From Lysinibacter cavernae (GTDB lineage Bacteria > Actinomycetota > Actinomycetes > Actinomycetales > Microbacteriaceae), in NCBI RefSeq assembly GCF_011758565.1, contig NZ_JAAMOX010000001.1:821838-845837 (forward strand): 24,000 nt of DNA, written 5' to 3'. The notes under the pieces were generated by a model, which was given only the letters and a program-made list of their open reading frames with translations, was not told where the DNA came from and did not search any database. Numbering within the stretch: position 1 is the stretch's first letter; every line of letters starts with the position of its first letter. The translations under genes were made by a program, and so were the position numbers. This document shows positions 1 to 7,700 of this stretch, piece by piece.

Positions 1-523
1 CATTTGTCGTGATCACAACAAATAACCGGTGGCTCTCTGTGACCAGTCTGATGAGGTCGTGCACAATTTCGTCTGGTGCCCACTGGAGGTCTTCGATGAC
101 CAGCGTCGCCGGGGTTGAGTGGGTTGCCAGGACGTCAAGAAACTGTTCCATCAGGTTTTCGGGCTCAATGCCCCGCTGCAGCATTCCGAGGAGCGCCCGG
201 TTTCCGAACGCCTCATGATCAGGACTCTTCTGCAGCGTGCTCTCAACAACTGCGGCCCAGATGGACAGGCGTGTTGTGAGGGTCGAGTTCAGGGAGAGCC
301 TCACCGTTGCCGCAACATCGTCGCTGTGCTGCCCGGCGAGCCACTCATTAATGAGGGTACTTTTGCCGGAACCGACGATGCCACTCACCAGTGTGAGTGG
401 TGCTTGCCGTTGCAGCCTGCGGACCAGCCGTGGGCGCGGCAGGAACACGGCACCCATTTCGCTGTGCGTACCGGCCATCACCGTTTGTGTATGTTCAACA
501 TCCTGAATTGATTCCTCGAACAT
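1..523 (-). CDS. P-loop NTPase, N-terminal part of a large LuxR/MalT-like (LAL/STAND-type) ATP-binding regulator. Partial: the 3' end lies outside the window
   Basis: My translation of the minus strand from ATG at 523-521 gives MFEESIQDVEHTQTVMAGTHSEMGAVFLPRPRLVRRLQRQAPLTLVSGIVGSGKSTLINEWL...ATLVIEDLQWAPDEIVHDLIRLV. Walker A GSGKST is at 356-373. The Walker B-like motif LVIEDLQWAPDE resembles the LVLDDLHWAD signature of LAL regulators. The ORF is open to the window edge, which is why it is missing from the supplied track. The plus-strand ORFs at 9-511 are its antisense shadows. Confidence 0.6.
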   Translation of the reverse strand, partial: MFEESIQDVEHTQTVMAGTHSEMGAVFLPRPRLVRRLQRQAPLTLVSGIVGSGKSTLINEWLAGQHSDDVAATVRLSLNSTLTTRLSIWAAVVESTLQKSPDHEAFGNRALLGMLQRGIEPENLMEQFLDVLATHSTPATLVIEDLQWAPDEIVHDLIRLVTESHRLFVVITTN

Positions 524-736
524 GCCAGATGGCACATAGGTATCACCCCAAATTGAGTCCACGATAAATCATCCCCCCGGAAGACCGTCGATATCCCTAG
601 TACAGCGAATCGCGTCTTCGCGAAACAAACTGTCTTTCAACCATAGGTTGGGGCAGGGCCAGAAGCAAGCTGAGCCGCAGGCGCGTCGGGAGAAAAAATC
701 GAGGTCAGACGTCAGGTTCTGTGACCGAATAGACCA

Positions 737-1864
737 TTAGGCTTCCCAAATAATCCCCCTCGTTGTCATCTCAGCTGCCTCGGCGATCACGGTGTCAAGC
801 CTGCCCGTGGCACGAAGGCGTTTGCGCTGCCAGTCGGCCCCGTTCCCCCGCTCGAGGATACGGGCGATGCCCTCGCTGATGGCCACATCGTCACCATACA
901 GCGCTAACGCTGGCGTGATTCGGTCGAGCAAGCCCTTGATAACATCCGCTGCCGATGCTGCGCTGCCGGTTCGGGGATCAACAAGATCGCCGCGTACGCC
1001 TGACTGCGCGGCCATGACAGAGGCTAGTCGGACCGACGGCGTTGAGACAAGCGGGGCTGGCATGCCTCGTTGCCACTCCTGCGCCGCAATCTCAACAAGG
1101 GCCCGCACGACGCCAGCAATGACCGCGGAATCTTCCGCAAGCAAGCAGACATCGGAAATGCGAATCTCAACCGTCGGATACGAGCGCGACAGCCTGGCAT
1201 CAAAGGTCAGCAGGCCCTGATCAAGAAGGGCGCCCGTTGCCAGCAGCTCTGCCTCGAAGGCGTGATAGGCCTCTGCCGAGCCAAACAGGTCGAGCGGGCC
1301 AGCGCACGGCCAGCGATACAGCCTGCTGTATCGATAACTCGCGTGACCGGTATCCTCGCCGTCGTACAGCGCGGAGTTGGCGCTGAGCGCAAGCACTGCA
1401 GGGAGCCACACCCGCACGCGATCGAGGATGCCGGCGCCCTCATCCGGGGATTCAACGGAGACGTGCACATGAAGCCCGCACATGAGGCTCTCTCGAGCGG
1501 TACGACCCCACATCTCGGCAATGGTGGCGTAGCGCTCCGACTCGCTCGGATGCGGTTGCACCGGATAGGGCGAGACAGCAAGCGCAACCGCCCTCGCCCC
1601 ATGCTCACGGGCGGCGGCATCGGCGGTGAGGCGCCCAGCGATCAGTTCAACCCTGAGCTCATCGAGCGACGAATGTGGCGTTGTCACCGCCTCGACCATC
1701 TCCTGCTGCAACTCACCGGTGAGCGACGGACCCGAGGCCGCATCGACCTTCGCTTCAGAAAGCCGTTGCTCGTGGACGCGAAGCAGCGTCGTACCGATGG
1801 CAACGGGAACGCCAGAGGACTGGCTCATCAGTAGGAGCTCTTCTTCACAACCAAACGTACGCAT
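737..1864 (-). CDS. ybdK: Carboxylate-amine ligase, YbdK / glutamate-cysteine ligase family 2 (GCS2)
   Basis: 375-aa ORF. The N-terminus MRTFGCEEELLL matches the FG-x-EEE-x-x-L start typical of GCS2/YbdK enzymes. An internal GLHVHVSV motif is present and the length is typical. Start is ATG at 1864. Confidence 0.7.
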   Translation of the reverse strand: MRTFGCEEELLLMSQSSGVPVAIGTTLLRVHEQRLSEAKVDAASGPSLTGELQQEMVEAVTTPHSSLDELRVELIAGRLTADAAAREHGARAVALAVSPYPVQPHPSESERYATIAEMWGRTARESLMCGLHVHVSVESPDEGAGILDRVRVWLPAVLALSANSALYDGEDTGHASYRYSRLYRWPCAGPLDLFGSAEAYHAFEAELLATGALLDQGLLTFDARLSRSYPTVEIRISDVCLLAEDSAVIAGVVRALVEIAAQEWQRGMPAPLVSTPSVRLASVMAAQSGVRGDLVDPRTGSAASAADVIKGLLDRITPALALYGDDVAISEGIARILERGNGADWQRKRLRATGRLDTVIAEAAEMTTRGIIWEA

Positions 1865-1928
1865 ATGGCCAGTTTGCGGCAGTTGACGAATGGCTGCCAG
1901 GCCGTTGCCGCGCGGCCGCTGCCTCTTC

Positions 1929-1934
1929 TATAAT
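1929..1934 (+). promoter_or_regulatory. Candidate -10 box (perfect TATAAT) in the divergent ybdK / AI-2E intergenic region
   Basis: TATAAT at 1929-1934 is preceded by TTGCCG about 18 nt upstream. It lies about 110 nt upstream of the AI-2E transporter start. Sequence pattern only, and orientation is ambiguous. Confidence 0.3.
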
Positions 1935-2043
1935 CGCGGCAAATGTCTGGGCCGAGCTTCCGCAAGTTGTCCATCCTCGCTAGGGTCGTAGGTCTACTGT
2001 TGGACTCAGTGCGCCACGTCGCAGCGAACCCAGAGGGGACCTC

Positions 2044-3186
2044 ATGAAGAAACGCCAGAAGCGGTCAGTCACCCGGCCGACACTCGCGCCAACGCCAACG
2101 CCTGATGTCACCATCCAGACGGATCAGACCAGGGGCGGCGTTCATGTGAATGCGTTCCGCATCGGTCTGGTTGGCGGACTAGGTGTACTCCTTTCCCTCG
2201 TCATCGGAGGGATTGTCAGCCAGCTCGGCACGGTCCTCATCTATATCGGTGTTGCGCTGTTCCTCTCGCTCGGGCTCGACCCACTGGTGTCGTGGCTCGA
2301 AAAGAAGATGCCTCGCGGACTCGCCATCGGCGTTGTTGTTGTCACCGTCCTCGCGGCCTTTGCTGGCCTCATGTTTGCGGTGATCCCCGTAATCGTGTCG
2401 CAGGCAACCAAGCTCATCAACGATTTCCCGAGCATCATTGACGATGTCTCAAACAATGGCTTTGTGCAGGACCTGCAGCACAACCTCAGGGATGTTGTTG
2501 ATATCGATGCTGCCATCGAACAGGTGCAAAAATTCGTTGGTAATCCGGATAACCTGCTCAATATCGGTGGCGGCTTGCTGTCCGTCGGCGCAGGCGTGGC
2601 AGGTGGCTTCACAGGCGCGGTCATCGTTGTCATCCTGACCCTCTATTTCCTCGCCTCGCTCCGTTCGATGAAGGCCGCCACATACCGTTTTGTGCCCGCT
2701 AACAAGCGCCTCAAGTTTGTGCAGGTGAGCGAGGAGATTACGCAGGCAGTTGGCCGCTACGTGGTAGGCCAGGTTGGGCTCGCTTTGGTCAACGGAGTGC
2801 TGAGCTTCATTTTCCTCACCATTATCGGCGCGCCGCTTCCGGTGCTCCTCGCGGTTGTTGCGTTTATCGCTTCGCTTATTCCGCTCGTTGGAACCCTGTC
2901 TGGCGCGATCATTATCAGCCTGATCTGCCTCTTTGCGTCGCCCCTCACGGCACTCGTTGCGGCGATCTACTACATCATTTACATGCAGGTTGAGGCCTAC
3001 GTGCTCAGCCCACGCATCATGAACCGAGCGGTTTCTGTTCCGGGATCGGTTGTTGTTATTGCGGCCGTTGCTGGTGGAGCCGTTGGTGGCGTCCTGGGCG
3101 CGCTTGTTGCGATCCCGTTTGCGGCGTCGGCGCTCATCATCATCCAGAAGGTCGTCTTCCCGGCCCAGGACGCAAAGACCGACTGA
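2044..3186 (+). CDS. AI-2E family transporter (PerM/YhhT, UPF0118-type polytopic membrane protein)
   Basis: 380-aa ORF with multiple hydrophobic helices and the overall layout typical of AI-2E/UPF0118 proteins: N-terminal TM pair, soluble insert, C-terminal TM cluster containing the GTLSGAIIISL and YVLSPRIM regions. GAGGGGA ribosome-binding site lies 5 nt upstream of the ATG. Confidence 0.8.
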   Translation: MKKRQKRSVTRPTLAPTPTPDVTIQTDQTRGGVHVNAFRIGLVGGLGVLLSLVIGGIVSQLGTVLIYIGVALFLSLGLDPLVSWLEKKMPRGLAIGVVVVTVLAAFAGLMFAVIPVIVSQATKLINDFPSIIDDVSNNGFVQDLQHNLRDVVDIDAAIEQVQKFVGNPDNLLNIGGGLLSVGAGVAGGFTGAVIVVILTLYFLASLRSMKAATYRFVPANKRLKFVQVSEEITQAVGRYVVGQVGLALVNGVLSFIFLTIIGAPLPVLLAVVAFIASLIPLVGTLSGAIIISLICLFASPLTALVAAIYYIIYMQVEAYVLSPRIMNRAVSVPGSVVVIAAVAGGAVGGVLGALVAIPFAASALIIIQKVVFPAQDAKTD

Positions 3187-3202
3187 CGCGGCAGTCCAAT
3201 CA

Positions 3203-3252
3203 GGTAGGCAAAAACCGCTCCAAACCCGTTGGTTTGGGGCGGTTTTTGCCTA
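3203..3252. terminator. Long, near-perfect hairpin downstream of the AI-2E gene; likely a bidirectional intrinsic terminator
   Basis: GTAGGCAAAAACCGCTCCAAACC (3203-3225) pairs with GGTTTGGGGCGGTTTTTGCCTAC (3230-3252) around a CGTT loop. That is 23 bp with one G-U wobble. It starts 17 nt after the stop codon at 3186. There is no classic U-tail, which is common in Actinobacteria. Confidence 0.5.
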
Positions 3253-3367
3253 CTCGCTACGGACTTGCACGTTGTGGAACGGACGCGCGCCTTCGGTGAG
3301 ATTTGCATGATGCTGATGGTATGCTGGGAAACGGCTCAATACTGACTTAACCGGGGGGTACAAGTAC

Positions 3368-4192
3368 ATGAGGCAACCGATATTTGGCGCGCGCTCGCGC
3401 CGCAACGGAGCACCCGACGCGGACGCAAACGGCGTTGCGCAGCGGGCCGGCGACGCGTCGCAGCGTGCAGCCAGGCCAGCATCCGATTCGTCGCTTCGCT
3501 CCACGCGCATCAAAGCATTGCTCGCCGGCGCAACGGTCCTTGTTGCCGGAGGTTCGCTCACACTTGCCGCTTGGACCACCGGTTCGTCGGTGTCAACACC
3601 AACTCTCAACGCCGGCGACTTTGGCGTTGAGCTCTCCGTCGACAACGGCGCCACCTGGAAAAAAGCCTCAGGAACAACGCCTGGCGGATCACAGGTGCTG
3701 AGTTTCAGCGGGCCAGTCAGCACGCTCAAACCAGGCGTCGACCTCTACTCGCCGTTGCTCGTCCGGGGCACTCCTGGCTCGTGGTCTACCTCAACCGTGC
3801 TCACGCAGCAGGGGCTCGCGCCCGGCAGCAGCCAGGCACTTATCGATGGCCTCAGCTACGAGCTCTACGAGGTTACGGATGCCTCCGCCTGCGCGGCACC
3901 ATACGTGACGGATGCCTCCCGCTACCTGCTCAGCAAGGGCGCGAAGGCGACCCCTGCCTCGGCAACACCGGCAGCGGCCGTTTCAGGGGCAAGGCTCACC
4001 CTTGCCGCAGCAACGGACAGCACGGCTGGCCCAACCTCGACCGTCTGCCTCCACGTTCGAATGGCGAAGTCTGAGTACAACAACCAGTCCTCACTTATGA
4101 AGACCACAGGCGGTTTTGTGTTTGACCTGACGGCAGAGGAAGTTGTGGTTGAAGAGGCGGCGGGCGCAGCATCCGCTGTCACCGGTGATTAG
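3368..4192 (+). CDS. Exported protein with a SipW-cognate / alternate-type signal peptide; possible TasA/camelysin-like (Peptidase_M73-like) fibre or matrix subunit
   Basis: 274 aa. A 47-aa charged N-region is followed by the h-region ALLAGATVLVAGGSLTLAAW, then TTGSSVSTPTLNAGDFGVE. This fits the A-[YW]-x-T...AG-x-[FL] pattern of SipW-dependent signal peptides such as TasA. The C-terminal strand GGFVFDLTAEE resembles the F-x-F-x-x-x-A-x-Q ending of TasA-family proteins. The gene sits directly upstream of, and overlaps, a SipW-type peptidase gene. A GGGGGG ribosome-binding site lies upstream of the ATG. Confidence 0.7.
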   Translation: MRQPIFGARSRRNGAPDADANGVAQRAGDASQRAARPASDSSLRSTRIKALLAGATVLVAGGSLTLAAWTTGSSVSTPTLNAGDFGVELSVDNGATWKKASGTTPGGSQVLSFSGPVSTLKPGVDLYSPLLVRGTPGSWSTSTVLTQQGLAPGSSQALIDGLSYELYEVTDASACAAPYVTDASRYLLSKGAKATPASATPAAAVSGARLTLAAATDSTAGPTSTVCLHVRMAKSEYNNQSSLMKTTGGFVFDLTAEEVVVEEAAGAASAVTGD

Positions 4193-4706
4193 GCGCCGTT
4201 CCTGGCCGCTCACCGTCCTCGCCGCCCTTGGCACACTGAGCCTGGTTGGGTTTGCGTGCTCCCTGTTGTTCGGCATCCGACTCTTTGCGTTCCAGACGGA
4301 TTCGATGGAGCCGACCGTGCCCCGTGGTGCACTTGGCGTCAGTATCCGGGAGTCCGCAGAGGACATCGGCCCCGGGGACATCGTGACGGTCACGCGGGAA
4401 AACGCACTCCCGGTCACCCACCGCGTTATCACGGCGACCCCCTCTGGCGGACGAGTTGACCTCGTACTGCGAGGCGATGGTAACTCGGCTAACGACGCAA
4501 CCGTCTACAGCGTGACCGAGGTGCATCGGCTCCTCACGTTTGTTCCCTTGGTCGGATATGCGGTTGGGGCGGCGCTTTCGCAGCCACTCTTTCTTGGCTT
4601 CGCCACGGTCGCGCTTGCCGCTCTCGTCACGTGGTATTGGTGGCCGACCGCTGCCGGGCGACACGCCGGCGGGTCGCGCAGCGGCGCTGACACGGGCAGC
4701 CAATAA
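4143..4706 (+). CDS. sipW: Signal peptidase I, SipW / ER-archaeal type (S26B, Ser-His dyad)
   Basis: The order is N-terminal TM helix (WPLTVLAALGTLSLVGFACSLLFGI), catalytic Ser box FQTDSMEPTVPRG, GDIVTV box, His box PVTHRVITA, then a C-terminal TM helix (LFLGFATVALAALVTWYWW). This motif order is diagnostic of SipW-like peptidases rather than LepB-like ones. The start is uncertain: ATG 4143 overlaps the upstream gene by 50 nt, and GTG 4185 overlaps it by 8 nt. Its stop overlaps the next start in TAATG at 4704-4708. Confidence 0.85.
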   Translation: MWLKRRRAQHPLSPVIRRRSWPLTVLAALGTLSLVGFACSLLFGIRLFAFQTDSMEPTVPRGALGVSIRESAEDIGPGDIVTVTRENALPVTHRVITATPSGGRVDLVLRGDGNSANDATVYSVTEVHRLLTFVPLVGYAVGAALSQPLFLGFATVALAALVTWYWWPTAAGRHAGGSRSGADTGSQ

Positions 4707-7474
4707 TGCAACGCCGAAACGGCGCATCCGGTCGCCACTCCAACACGTCACAACGGGAATCCCCCGCCGGTCTGCGCAACGCGAGGACAAGCCTTGCAGC
4801 AGCGGTAACCGTTATCGCACTCGTGCTTGCCGTGCCGCTCAGCGCCTCGGCCGGCTGGGTCACGGCAGAGAGCGTCGCAACAACCGAGGTGGCCGCAGGA
4901 AGCTTTGAGCCCCAGTCCCGTGCGCCTGGGCAGGGCTGGGTCGATTGGGAACAACTCCAGGATGTGTGGGGCGCGCAAACCGATCTGCCGGTCTTCGACC
5001 GCGCCCCGGTCGTCCCAGGTACCACCGCATTCACCGAACGCGAGTTGCGCAATGCCGGCTCACTCGACGGGTCAAGTTCGATTGGGGCAGCGGCGGTTGA
5101 GTGGGCCGCCGCCTCCGAACTCAATGTGACGCACGTCGCCGCTGGGGTTCGACACTCCCTCATCTTGACCGCCGACGGCACAGTTTTTTCGTTCGGTTCA
5201 GGGGCAGACGGCCAACTCGGCGTTGGCCTCTTCTCAAGCTCAAGCGTTCCCGTTCAGGTGCGCGCTGGCGCCCAGGCCTCCGGCACGCCGTACCTCACCG
5301 GTATCGTCTCAATCGCTGCAGGCGACAACACCTCCTTCGCGGTTGCGGCTGACGGATCAGTGTACGCGTGGGGGTCAGGCTACTGGGGCAGCCTTGGCGA
5401 TGGAACGAGTGGCGACGGCAGACGACAGCCGCTTCCGCTCAGGGTGAAGGGAGGCTCGCAGGGCGGCCAGTACCTCACCGGCATCACTCAGCTCGCCGTC
5501 GAATCGTGGCGAGGCGGCGTTCTCGCGCTCGGCGCCGACGGGTCTGTCTACGGCTGGGGCAGCTCGGTTGCCATGCTCAACGCAAGTCGGCCGCTCGTTC
5601 CCGCTCGCATCGTTGGTGGCGAACAGGGCGGCACGTATCTCACCGGCATCACGAAGGTCAGTGCCGGGGTTGGTTTTGCGCTCGCGCTGACCAACGATGG
5701 CAGGGCTCTCGTCTGGGGCAACCGTGACGGCAACAGCGGAGAGATGGGCAATGGCGCAATCGGCGGCAACCCGGGCGCTTCCTCGGATGTCCCAACATGG
5801 CTCAAGGCAGGGCAACAACAGCCGGCGCAACCGAACGCGAACATGACAAACATCGTCGATGTGTCTGCCGGCGGCATCATGAGCATCGTTGATCGCTCTG
5901 GCAACGCCTATCTCTGGGGCGGCGGCAATCCAACGCCAACGCGCGTGGCGATCTCCGGGGCTGCGACGGTCACAACCGGCCAAGGATCACCAGTGCTGTT
6001 CACAACAACAGCCGGCGAGGTCTGGGCTGGCGGGCCTGCGGATGCCTCCGGCGCTGGCGGCGGCGCTGGCTCAGCGTACGCGCCAGTTCGGGTGCTTGGC
6101 GGCGCGCAGGGCACAACGATGCTCAACACCATCGCGCAGGTCTCCGGCGGTTCCGGGTTTGGGCTGGCGCGAACAACGACCGGTGAACTCTACACCTGGG
6201 GCCTCAACGAGCTTTCGCAGCTCGGTGTTGGGAGCCGCGTCGAGCAACTCATTGGGGTCGGCCGGATCTCGCGCGACGCAACAACGGCCAACGTCACGCT
6301 CACAACAACCATGAACGTTCAGCGCAGCGAAACCGCTCGAGCGAGCCTCGCCGTTCGGGATGACGGGACCAACCGCATCCAAGCAACCTTCCAATCGATA
6401 GATAACGGTCGCCTCACCCTCGAGACACAGGTTGGCGGAACAAACCGAACACTCTTCTCAAGCGTTGGCGAGGTTGCCTCAGAGGTTGCTGGGCTCTCGA
6501 TCACCGCCATCGGCCAATCGGTGACGCTCTATCTCAACGGCAATGTTGTCTACACGGGCGACCTGGAACCGGCAGAGGCTGCCGCGCTGGTCTCGCCGCG
6601 AGTGTCGCTCAGTGTTGAGGGAGCATCCATCTCGCAGACGGGTATCACGGCCCCGGCGGTGTGGCCAACGCTGAACGAGTGGACGGCGCGCAGCATCGGC
6701 GGCGGAACCTCCTACGGCGGCAATTTTCATTCGATCCAGTTCTCCCTTGGCAGCATGGCGTTCATGCCGGGGATGATGTACCGCAAACCAGTGCTGCACT
6801 GGAGCAATGCGTCTGGAACGCACGAGCGGGTGCTCGACCTGGCCGAATGGGCGCCCTCAGGCAACGCGGTGGTCACGGGCGGGGTCGCCTCTATGACAAG
6901 CGGTAGCGCGGTCTCCTCCCCCAAATACGTTGTTGAACAGCCCACCGTGTGGTGGATGACGTTTGAAAGCGCCATGACGGTACCCTCGCCCCTGAACGCC
7001 GACTACACGGGATTCAACGCGGGCTCGTCGTACTACGATGCGGCGGGCGCACCGATGAAGAACAACGCAAGCTGGGCGGCAAACGGCTACGCCGACGGGG
7101 TCCCACGCGAACGTATCATCCTTGCGGAAGGCTGGGAGGATCTGCGCAACTGGGCGACCGTTTCAGGATCGCCGCGCGTCACCACATCCGACTCCGCAGG
7201 CGGCATCATTGGCACGCAGTACACGCCCGTTCGGGTGCGCCGCGCACCGGTCCTGCTCTACTCGGCCTATCTCGATCCAACGTCATGCACCGCGGCAGGG
7301 GTGGGCCAGAGCTCAAGGATTGTGGATGGCTGGGACGTCCGTATCGCCCCTGGCAAGGTTGTGGATCTTGAGGCAGACGGGCAAGGGCATTCCGTCTGCC
7401 TCCAGATCAGCACTGACATCTCAGGGGTGCTTTCCGTCACATGGCCGATCACCGCCGAGGTCACGCTCGACTAG
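4706..7474 (+). CDS. Large exported RCC1-repeat (seven-blade beta-propeller) protein with a SipW-cognate signal peptide and an uncharacterised C-terminal half of about 400 aa
   Basis: 922 aa. The N-terminus has LAAAVTVIALVLAVPLSASAGWVTAESVATTEVAAGSFEP, the same motif as the 3368 gene. Seven RCC1-type blades are visible: HSLILTADGTVFSFGSGADGQLG, TSFAVAADGSVYAWGSGYWGSLGDG, GVLALGADGSVYGWGSS, FALALTNDGRALVWGNRDGNSGEMGNG, IMSIVDRSGNAYLWGGG, PVLFTTTAGEVWAGG and FGLARTTTGELYTWGLNELSQLGVG. A LamG/ConA-like stretch follows (GQSVTLYLNGNVVYTGDL). The last 270 aa or so are unrecognised. Confidence 0.85.
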   Translation: MQRRNGASGRHSNTSQRESPAGLRNARTSLAAAVTVIALVLAVPLSASAGWVTAESVATTEVAAGSFEPQSRAPGQGWVDWEQLQDVWGAQTDLPVFDRAPVVPGTTAFTERELRNAGSLDGSSSIGAAAVEWAAASELNVTHVAAGVRHSLILTADGTVFSFGSGADGQLGVGLFSSSSVPVQVRAGAQASGTPYLTGIVSIAAGDNTSFAVAADGSVYAWGSGYWGSLGDGTSGDGRRQPLPLRVKGGSQGGQYLTGITQLAVESWRGGVLALGADGSVYGWGSSVAMLNASRPLVPARIVGGEQGGTYLTGITKVSAGVGFALALTNDGRALVWGNRDGNSGEMGNGAIGGNPGASSDVPTWLKAGQQQPAQPNANMTNIVDVSAGGIMSIVDRSGNAYLWGGGNPTPTRVAISGAATVTTGQGSPVLFTTTAGEVWAGGPADASGAGGGAGSAYAPVRVLGGAQGTTMLNTIAQVSGGSGFGLARTTTGELYTWGLNELSQLGVGSRVEQLIGVGRISRDATTANVTLTTTMNVQRSETARASLAVRDDGTNRIQATFQSIDNGRLTLETQVGGTNRTLFSSVGEVASEVAGLSITAIGQSVTLYLNGNVVYTGDLEPAEAAALVSPRVSLSVEGASISQTGITAPAVWPTLNEWTARSIGGGTSYGGNFHSIQFSLGSMAFMPGMMYRKPVLHWSNASGTHERVLDLAEWAPSGNAVVTGGVASMTSGSAVSSPKYVVEQPTVWWMTFESAMTVPSPLNADYTGFNAGSSYYDAAGAPMKNNASWAANGYADGVPRERIILAEGWEDLRNWATVSGSPRVTTSDSAGGIIGTQYTPVRVRRAPVLLYSAYLDPTSCTAAGVGQSSRIVDGWDVRIAPGKVVDLEADGQGHSVCLQISTDISGVLSVTWPITAEVTLD

Positions 7475-7481
7475 CCGCCGA

Positions 7482-7504
7482 TGTGCGCGACGCGCAGGCG
7501 CACA
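7482..7504. terminator. Weak GC-rich hairpin just after the RCC1 gene stop
   Basis: TGTGCGC (7482-7488) and GCGCACA (7498-7504) form a 7-bp stem with a 9-nt loop, 8 nt after the stop at 7474. There is no U-tract. Confidence 0.3.
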
Positions 7505-7661
7505 GCGTTCCGGGTCGTTCCCCCAATCGAGGCGCTCATCACGTTGCGTCACAAATGCGTGCGAGTGCTTGTTTCAACCAGGAAACTCACAGTATTCTCT
7601 GAATATCAGGTACGCCGATCTTCTCTTCTTCCGGGAGGAGGGGCCCCGGCGCGGTCCCCCC

Positions 7662-7683
7662 ACTGATGCGAACACACATCAGT
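7662..7683 (+). promoter_or_regulatory. 5'-proximal hairpin immediately upstream of the aquaporin ribosome-binding site
   Basis: ACTGATG (7662-7668) and CATCAGT (7677-7683) are a perfect 7-bp inverted repeat with an 8-nt loop. The repeat abuts AGGA (7685-7688), 18 nt before ATG 7701. Function is unknown. Confidence 0.3.
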
Positions 7684-7700
7684 TAGGAATGGGAAACCTC

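Noticed and set aside
1070-1834. 254-aa plus-strand ORF, and others at 792-1220 and 1207-1620, inside the ybdK region
   Set aside because: These are antisense or off-frame shadows of a gene with clear family motifs. The translations are Arg/Ala/Pro-rich and contain no recognisable motifs.
4179-4790. 203-aa minus-strand ORF across the signal peptidase gene, and similar minus-strand ORFs at 4627-5181, 5375-5983 and 6071-6823
   Set aside because: They lie opposite genes with strong motif support (SMEPT/THRV and RCC1 blades). The Arg-rich junk translations are high-GC shadow frames.
7122-7700. In-frame 5' extension that turns the aquaporin ORF into a 444-aa protein
   Set aside because: It overlaps the last 350 nt of the RCC1 gene. 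Its translation is Arg/Ser/Pro-rich low-complexity sequence typical of an off-frame read in high-GC DNA. The MIP homology begins only near 7701, where a ribosome-binding-site-like AGGA is present.
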